The notes under the pieces: generated by a model
The model's database searches: none
What the model was told of the DNA's origin: nothing
What the model saw: the letters and a program-made list of their open reading frames with translations, nothing else
In this document: piece after piece, positions 58,908 to 64,000 of the stretch
How the letters are laid out: each line of letters begins with the position of its first letter
How positions within the stretch are numbered: the first letter of the stretch is position 1
DNA from: a bacterium
GTDB taxonomy: Bacteria > Zhuqueibacterota > Zhuqueibacteria > Residuimicrobiales > Krinioviventaceae
Length of the DNA stretch: 64,000 nt
Direction of reading: 5' to 3'
Assembly (NCBI GenBank): GCA_963675755.2
Contig: CAXXMD010000002.1
Coordinates: 384,001 to 448,000, forward strand
Program-made: the position numbers and the translations under genes

Positions 58908-61676
58908 ATGCGAACACTATTTCTAATTTTAATATCCTTTAGTATTTCATTTGGTCAGGCCCTTACATGGGATCCTTTATTTCCAACCGATAATGATACC
59001 ATAACAATTACATATAATGCCAAAGAAGGTAACAAAGCCCTTGAAGGTGTTTCACCGATTTGGGCCCATACCGGGGTTATAACTGATAAAAGCCCGAATC
59101 CCAATTATTGGCTTTATACAATTGCCGAGTGGGAAACCAATCTGCCAAAAGCCCAAATGACCAATATTGGTACAGACTCTTGGCAAATTCGTTTTCATGT
59201 ACGTTCATTTTATGGTGTACCTGCAGGTGAAACAATACAAAATTTGGCTCTGGTTTTTCGTAATGCCAGTGGCACCAAAGTCGGAAAAACAGCAGATAAC
59301 CAGGACTTTTTCATCCCCATATATCAACAAGGTGTAAACATATCGCTTGTAAGCCCAACAACGAATACGTTTATTGCTAAAATAGGAGATGAAATACCCA
59401 TCATCACAAAAACTACATCTGCAGTTAAACAGGAATTGTTTTTAAATAATCAGTTATTAACCGAAACTACTGATGACAGTCTTTACTATCTTTTTACTCC
59501 TCAGGATTATGGATTTTATCAATTCACTGCAATAGCAACAGATGCCCAAAATAATACCAAGCAAACCGAATTTACAATTGTTGTAAATACCCCGGTAAAT
59601 ATTGTGGAATTGCCAAGTGGAGTCAGGGATGGTATTAATCATAACGGAATTAATTCTGTTACACTGGTTTTGACAGCTCCCTTTAAAGAATTTGTTTATG
59701 TGATTGGTTCATTTAATAACTGGGAAATGGATCAGGATTATTACATGAACAAAACTCCGGATGGTACACGTTACTGGCTGGAGATAGACGGCCTTGATTC
59801 GGATACAGAGTACACCTTTCAATACCTGGTTGATGGCAGTATCCGAATTGCAGATCCGTATTCAGGAAAAATATTGGATCCAACTCATGATAAATATATC
59901 ACTGATGAAACTTATCCGGACCTTGAGCCTTATCCATTAGGTGAGACCACTGAAGCAATCACAGCTTTTAAAATCAATCAGGATGAATTTACTTTTACTG
60001 CGTCTGATTATGAAAAACCAAAGATGAATAATCTTGTTATATATGAATTATTAATCAGAGATTTTATTGAAGAACATGATTATAAAACCCTTACTGATTC
60101 ATTAGCTTATTTCAAACGATTAGGTATTAATGCAATCGAGTTGATGCCTATTAATGAATTTGAAGGAAATGAGAGCTGGGGATATAATCCTTCTTTTTAT
60201 TTTGCTCCGGACAAGTATTATGGTCCTGCAAATGACCTTAAAACGTTCATTGATGAAGCGCATAAACTTGGAATTGCAATAATTCAGGATATCGTATTAA
60301 ATCATGCATATGGTCAGTGCCCATGGGTAAGGCTTTATGCTGATCAGATGGATAATAATCCATGGTTTAATGAAAAATCGCCCAATACATCTTATGCATG
60401 GGGATATGATTTTAACCATGAAAGTGAATACACAAAAGCGTTTGTTGATAGTGTTTTGACCTACTGGTTGACAGAGTTTAAAGTTGATGGGTTTCGCTTT
60501 GATTTTACCAAAGGTCTTACAAATACCCCGGGAGACGGATGGGAATATGATCCCGCACGTATAACCATTTTAAAACGTATTGCTGATCATGCATGGTCTG
60601 TGGATTCTACAGCGTATATAATACTTGAACACTTTGCAGCGAATAGTGAAGAAAAAGAATTGTCTGCCTATGGAATGATGTTGTGGGGAAATATGAATAC
60701 TCCATATACCCAATCCGCAATGGGGTATACTAACGATTCAAATATCTCCGGAATTTCTGCATCATACAGGGGATGGTCTGATAATCATTTGGTCGGATAT
60801 ATGGAAAGTCATGATGAAGAACGAATGATGTACAAGAATCTGCAATGGGGAAATTCTGCAGGTACCTATCACATATATGATCTTCAGACTGCACTTGAAC
60901 GTGTTCAATTATCCGCTGCTTTCTTTCTAACTGTTCCGGGTCCCAAAATGATTTGGCAGTTTGGCGAATTGGGTTATGATTATTCTATTGATTATAATGA
61001 TCGTGTAGGTAACAAGCCCATTCGATGGGATTACTATCAGGATCCTGATAGACGTCAACTCTATGATGTTTTTGCTGCACTGGCACATTTTAGAAAATTA
61101 AAGGCATTTCAGGAAGGTTCTTTTAACTTAAATCTGGGTACTTTTTTAAGAACTGTCCGCATATCTCATGATAGTATGAATACAGTCATTGTTGGTAATT
61201 TTAATGTTACTGATAGTTATATTATTCCCAATTTTCAACATACTGGTATGTGGTATGATTACCTTGATGGTAATCAATTAGATGTTAGCCAGACACAACA
61301 GGCAATTTTGCTTCAACCTAGTGAGTTTCATATATTTACCGATGTACAATTGGAAAAACCTTTTATTACCAATATAAATGAAAATGAACTTGCACCAATT
61401 TCATTTATATTATACGACAATCATCCTAATCCCTTTAACGCATCAACACGAATTGATTTTGAATTGGCTAAATCTGATCATGTCAGCCTTGATGTGTTCA
61501 ATATTACAGGTCAACATATTATAACCCTTGTTAACAGCCAACTTGAACAGGGAAGACATTCTTATGTTTGGAATGGTAAAGACGCACAAAATCATACAAT
61601 GAGTACAGGTATATATTTTTATGTAATTACTTCAAGTACCACTCAACACAGTAAAAAGATGCTGTTGTTAAAGTAA
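58908..61676 (+). CDS. Secreted GH13 alpha-glucan-active enzyme with CBM48-like domain and canonical CTD
   Basis: VYVIGSFNNW, IYELLIRDF, SWGYNP, DIVLNH, DGFRFDFTKG, ILEH, ESHDEER; HPNPFNAST CTD. Start ATG 58908. Confidence 0.9.
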   Translation: MRTLFLILISFSISFGQALTWDPLFPTDNDTITITYNAKEGNKALEGVSPIWAHTGVITDKSPNPNYWLYTIAEWETNLPKAQMTNIGTDSWQIRFHVRSFYGVPAGETIQNLALVFRNASGTKVGKTADNQDFFIPIYQQGVNISLVSPTTNTFIAKIGDEIPIITKTTSAVKQELFLNNQLLTETTDDSLYYLFTPQDYGFYQFTAIATDAQNNTKQTEFTIVVNTPVNIVELPSGVRDGINHNGINSVTLVLTAPFKEFVYVIGSFNNWEMDQDYYMNKTPDGTRYWLEIDGLDSDTEYTFQYLVDGSIRIADPYSGKILDPTHDKYITDETYPDLEPYPLGETTEAITAFKINQDEFTFTASDYEKPKMNNLVIYELLIRDFIEEHDYKTLTDSLAYFKRLGINAIELMPINEFEGNESWGYNPSFYFAPDKYYGPANDLKTFIDEAHKLGIAIIQDIVLNHAYGQCPWVRLYADQMDNNPWFNEKSPNTSYAWGYDFNHESEYTKAFVDSVLTYWLTEFKVDGFRFDFTKGLTNTPGDGWEYDPARITILKRIADHAWSVDSTAYIILEHFAANSEEKELSAYGMMLWGNMNTPYTQSAMGYTNDSNISGISASYRGWSDNHLVGYMESHDEERMMYKNLQWGNSAGTYHIYDLQTALERVQLSAAFFLTVPGPKMIWQFGELGYDYSIDYNDRVGNKPIRWDYYQDPDRRQLYDVFAALAHFRKLKAFQEGSFNLNLGTFLRTVRISHDSMNTVIVGNFNVTDSYIIPNFQHTGMWYDYLDGNQLDVSQTQQAILLQPSEFHIFTDVQLEKPFITNINENELAPISFILYDNHPNPFNASTRIDFELAKSDHVSLDVFNITGQHIITLVNSQLEQGRHSYVWNGKDAQNHTMSTGIYFYVITSSTTQHSKKMLLLK

Positions 61677-61706
61677 AGTATAACTTAAAAAAAACAGGAG
61701 ATAAAC

Positions 61707-63518
61707 GTGACAGTTTTTGATTATTCCATTATTTTTGTATATCTCTCCTCAATTATCCTGGTTGGGCTTTTGGCCCAAAAACGTGCAAAACAGGGTATAG
61801 ATTCGTATTTCCTGGGTGACAGATCATTACCCTGGTGGGCTTTGGGCGCTTCGGGTATGGCGTCAAATATGGATGTTAGTGGTACAATGTTAAATACAGC
61901 ATTTATTTTTGCACTGGGAGCATCCGGATTTTTTATCGAGATTCGCGGTGGTGTAACTTTGTTGATGGCTTTTCTTATGATATTTATGGGAAAGTGGAAC
62001 CGCCGTGCTCAGGTTATGACTCTTGCAGAGTGGATGCACCTGCGTTTTGGCAAAGGTAAAGAGGGAGATATAGCACGTTTAATTGCTGCTATTTCATCAA
62101 TTATTATGACTATAGCAATGATTACCTATTTTGCTATTGGTGCAGGTAAATTTATCGGCGAGTTTTTAGGAATCCCTGCATTTCTTGGACTTTCTCCTGA
62201 ATTTTGGGCTGCTACACTCATGATCACTTTGGCTATGATTTATACTGTATTAAGTGGATTATATGGTGTAGTTGCTACGGATGTTTTTCAGGGATTTATT
62301 ATTTTCGGTACAATTATTTATATTTGTTTTCTGGCAATTACAAAATATGCGCTTCCGGAGAGTTTTATCATTTCTGTTCCCATGAAAGATGGCACTTTTA
62401 TGGCAATGGAAACCACCCGAAATGCCTGGACCAATATTATACCTTCGTGGAGTTTGAATCTTCCGGAAGCCAGTGCGTATTCAATTTATAACCTGCTGGG
62501 AATTGCCATTATCTTTTATTTATTTAAAGTAACAATTGAGGGAAGCGGTGGTACCGGCAATTATATGCTGCAGCGTTATATGGCAGCTAAAAGCGATCGT
62601 GATACCGGTTTGCTCTCACTTTTTTGGACTTTTTTGCTTTCATTCCGTTGGCCGTTTATTGCTGCTATTGCAATGATGGGTGTTGCTTTCAGCACTCAAG
62701 GCGGAACTGCTCTTGATCCTGAAAAGATATTACCAACAGTTATTAATGAACTGGTTCCTGTTGGAATTAAAGGTTTGTTGATTGCCGGCTTAATGGCTGC
62801 TGCCATGTCAACTTTTGACTCTACTGTAAATGCTGGAGCGGCATATTGGGTTAAAGATATTTACCAAGCATATCTCAATCCCAAAGCGAGTAAAAAACAA
62901 CTTATGCTGCACAGTCGCTGGTCATCTATTATTATCGTATTGTTTGGACTGATTTTTACAATTTTCATCAAGAATATTAATGAAATATGGGGCTGGATTA
63001 CAATGGGTATAGGTGCCGGATTATTAATTCCCATGCTTATGCGCTGGTACTGGTGGAGACTTAACGGTTATGGCTTTGCCTGGGGTACTATTGGTGGTAT
63101 GGTTGCGGCATTTATTCAAAAAGGATTTTTCCCGGATATTCCTGAATATTTTGCATTTACTTTTGCATCCGGTGTATCTCTGGTTGCTTTGATTATTGGA
63201 ACCTACTTGACACCTGCTACAGATAAAAAAGTTTTGATGGAATTCTACAAACGTACTCGTCCTTTTGGATTTTGGAAACCTGTAACACAGGAAATTCCGG
63301 AAAAAACAATGACCGCAATTAACTCTGAAAATACAAGGGACCGGATTGCGACCTTTTTTGCAGTTCCCTGGCAGCTTGTATTGTTCCTGTTTATGATGAT
63401 GATCGTTATGGGGCGTTTTGATAATTTGTTATGGTTATCAATTCTTTTGATTTTCCTTTCAATTGGACTATATCATTTCTGGTTTAAGCACTTGTCAACC
63501 GAAGTCAAAATGGATTGA
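61707..63518 (+). CDS. Sodium:solute symporter (SSS) family transporter
   Basis: YFLGDRSLPWW, YTVLSGLYGVVATDVFQ, QRYMAAKS, AAAMSTFDS. Confidence 0.92.
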   Translation: MTVFDYSIIFVYLSSIILVGLLAQKRAKQGIDSYFLGDRSLPWWALGASGMASNMDVSGTMLNTAFIFALGASGFFIEIRGGVTLLMAFLMIFMGKWNRRAQVMTLAEWMHLRFGKGKEGDIARLIAAISSIIMTIAMITYFAIGAGKFIGEFLGIPAFLGLSPEFWAATLMITLAMIYTVLSGLYGVVATDVFQGFIIFGTIIYICFLAITKYALPESFIISVPMKDGTFMAMETTRNAWTNIIPSWSLNLPEASAYSIYNLLGIAIIFYLFKVTIEGSGGTGNYMLQRYMAAKSDRDTGLLSLFWTFLLSFRWPFIAAIAMMGVAFSTQGGTALDPEKILPTVINELVPVGIKGLLIAGLMAAAMSTFDSTVNAGAAYWVKDIYQAYLNPKASKKQLMLHSRWSSIIIVLFGLIFTIFIKNINEIWGWITMGIGAGLLIPMLMRWYWWRLNGYGFAWGTIGGMVAAFIQKGFFPDIPEYFAFTFASGVSLVALIIGTYLTPATDKKVLMEFYKRTRPFGFWKPVTQEIPEKTMTAINSENTRDRIATFFAVPWQLVLFLFMMMIVMGRFDNLLWLSILLIFLSIGLYHFWFKHLSTEVKMD

Positions 63519-63536
63519 TAAAGATCTTGTAAATTT

Positions 63537-63573
63537 AAGGCCTGGTTCAAATTAAGAATCAGGCCTTTTTTTT
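63537..63573 (+). terminator. Intrinsic terminator
   Basis: AAGGCCTGGTTC-AAATTAA-GAATCAGGCCTT followed by a T-run. Confidence 0.82.
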
Positions 63574-63735
63574 ATTTGAAAATAAAAAAAAGACTGGAAA
63601 TCCTGTTTCTCTTTGTTTATATTAAACATCAGGAATTAAAATTCCTTGTTTTAACTACTTTTAACAGTAAAATTCAATTTACTGCATCCACAATATTATA
63701 CTTGAACGCAATTCTTATTTTTTTGGAGGAAAGGA

Positions 63736-64000
63736 ATGACCACATTACATCCATTAGACTGGGTTGTTATTGCCCTTTATTTTTCTATTATTTTGGGGCT
63801 TGCCTGGTGGGTTATTAGACAAAAAAACGAAAACACCACAGATTATTTCCTTGCTGGACGTCATCTGGGCTGGTTTATTGTTGGTGCGTCAATATTTGCA
63901 TCCAATATTGGTTCTGAACATCTTGTTGGGTTGGCTGGTTCAGGTGCCACTGATGGTGTAGCCATGGCTCATTATGAATTACACGCCTGGTGTTTGTTGG
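63736..64000 (+). CDS. SSS family (SGLT-like) sodium/sugar symporter, partial
   Basis: Not in ORF track. RBS GGAGG; MTTLHPLDWVVIALYF...DYFLAGRHLGWFIVGASIFASNIGSEHLVGLAGSG...AHYELHAW, open to the edge. Confidence 0.9.
   Translation, partial: MTTLHPLDWVVIALYFSIILGLAWWVIRQKNENTTDYFLAGRHLGWFIVGASIFASNIGSEHLVGLAGSGATDGVAMAHYELHAWCLL

Noticed and set aside
1438-62491. Numerous 60-190 aa antisense or alternate-frame ORFs nested in long genes (e.g. 12783-13352, 55994-56449, 57166-57606)
   Set aside because: They fully overlap well-supported genes, have no motifs, and are expected from the codon bias of the sense strand.
63576-63961. Track ORFs 63576-63818 and 63764-63961
   Set aside because: Out-of-frame shadows of the real SSS gene starting at 63736.
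1-64000. Mobile elements, prophage, tRNA/rRNA, defence systems
   Set aside because: No transposase, integrase, phage or Cas-like ORF and no tRNA/rRNA-like segment recognised by eye.

Overview
AT-rich bacterial chromosomal window. The many secreted proteins ending in a YPNPFN...(V)SSG.Y.Y...K C-terminal sorting domain, plus PorV-like barrels, point to an FCB-related lineage such as KSB1, Calditrichota or Ignavibacteria (inference). It has four blocks. (1) ~0.9-24.9 kb: a LacI-controlled uptake locus (TonB-dependent receptor, PorV-like barrel, 1212-aa acidic surface protein, two parvulin-like lipoproteins, a tandem-domain secreted protein), followed by a C10 protease/beta-helix gene pair and a ceramidase-like gene. 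(2) 25-39.9 kb: a group C-type sensory [FeFe]-hydrogenase/histidine kinase fusion upstream of a Rex-boxed 17-gene membrane-bound group 4 [NiFe]-hydrogenase/Mrp operon that carries its own HydB/HydG (AsrA/AsrB)-like FAD/NAD module. (3) 40-45.6 kb: small envelope genes (class D beta-lactamase, three Cys-rich lipoproteins, CAP protein, class C acid phosphatase, two paralogous small secreted proteins), three ECF-type promoters and a candidate sRNA. (4) 45.8-64 kb: a second, paralogous LacI/TBDR/large protein/PorV-like locus with two GH13 enzymes and two SSS transporters (alpha-glucan use). The best candidates for undescribed biology are the repeated SusD-less TBDR + PorV-like barrel + special-CTD protein module, the NAD(P)H-module-linked, Rex/[FeFe]-sensor-associated hydrogenase, and the ECF-driven sRNA. 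I saw no rRNA, tRNA, CRISPR array or mobile element. All calls are by eye from motifs; no searches were run.
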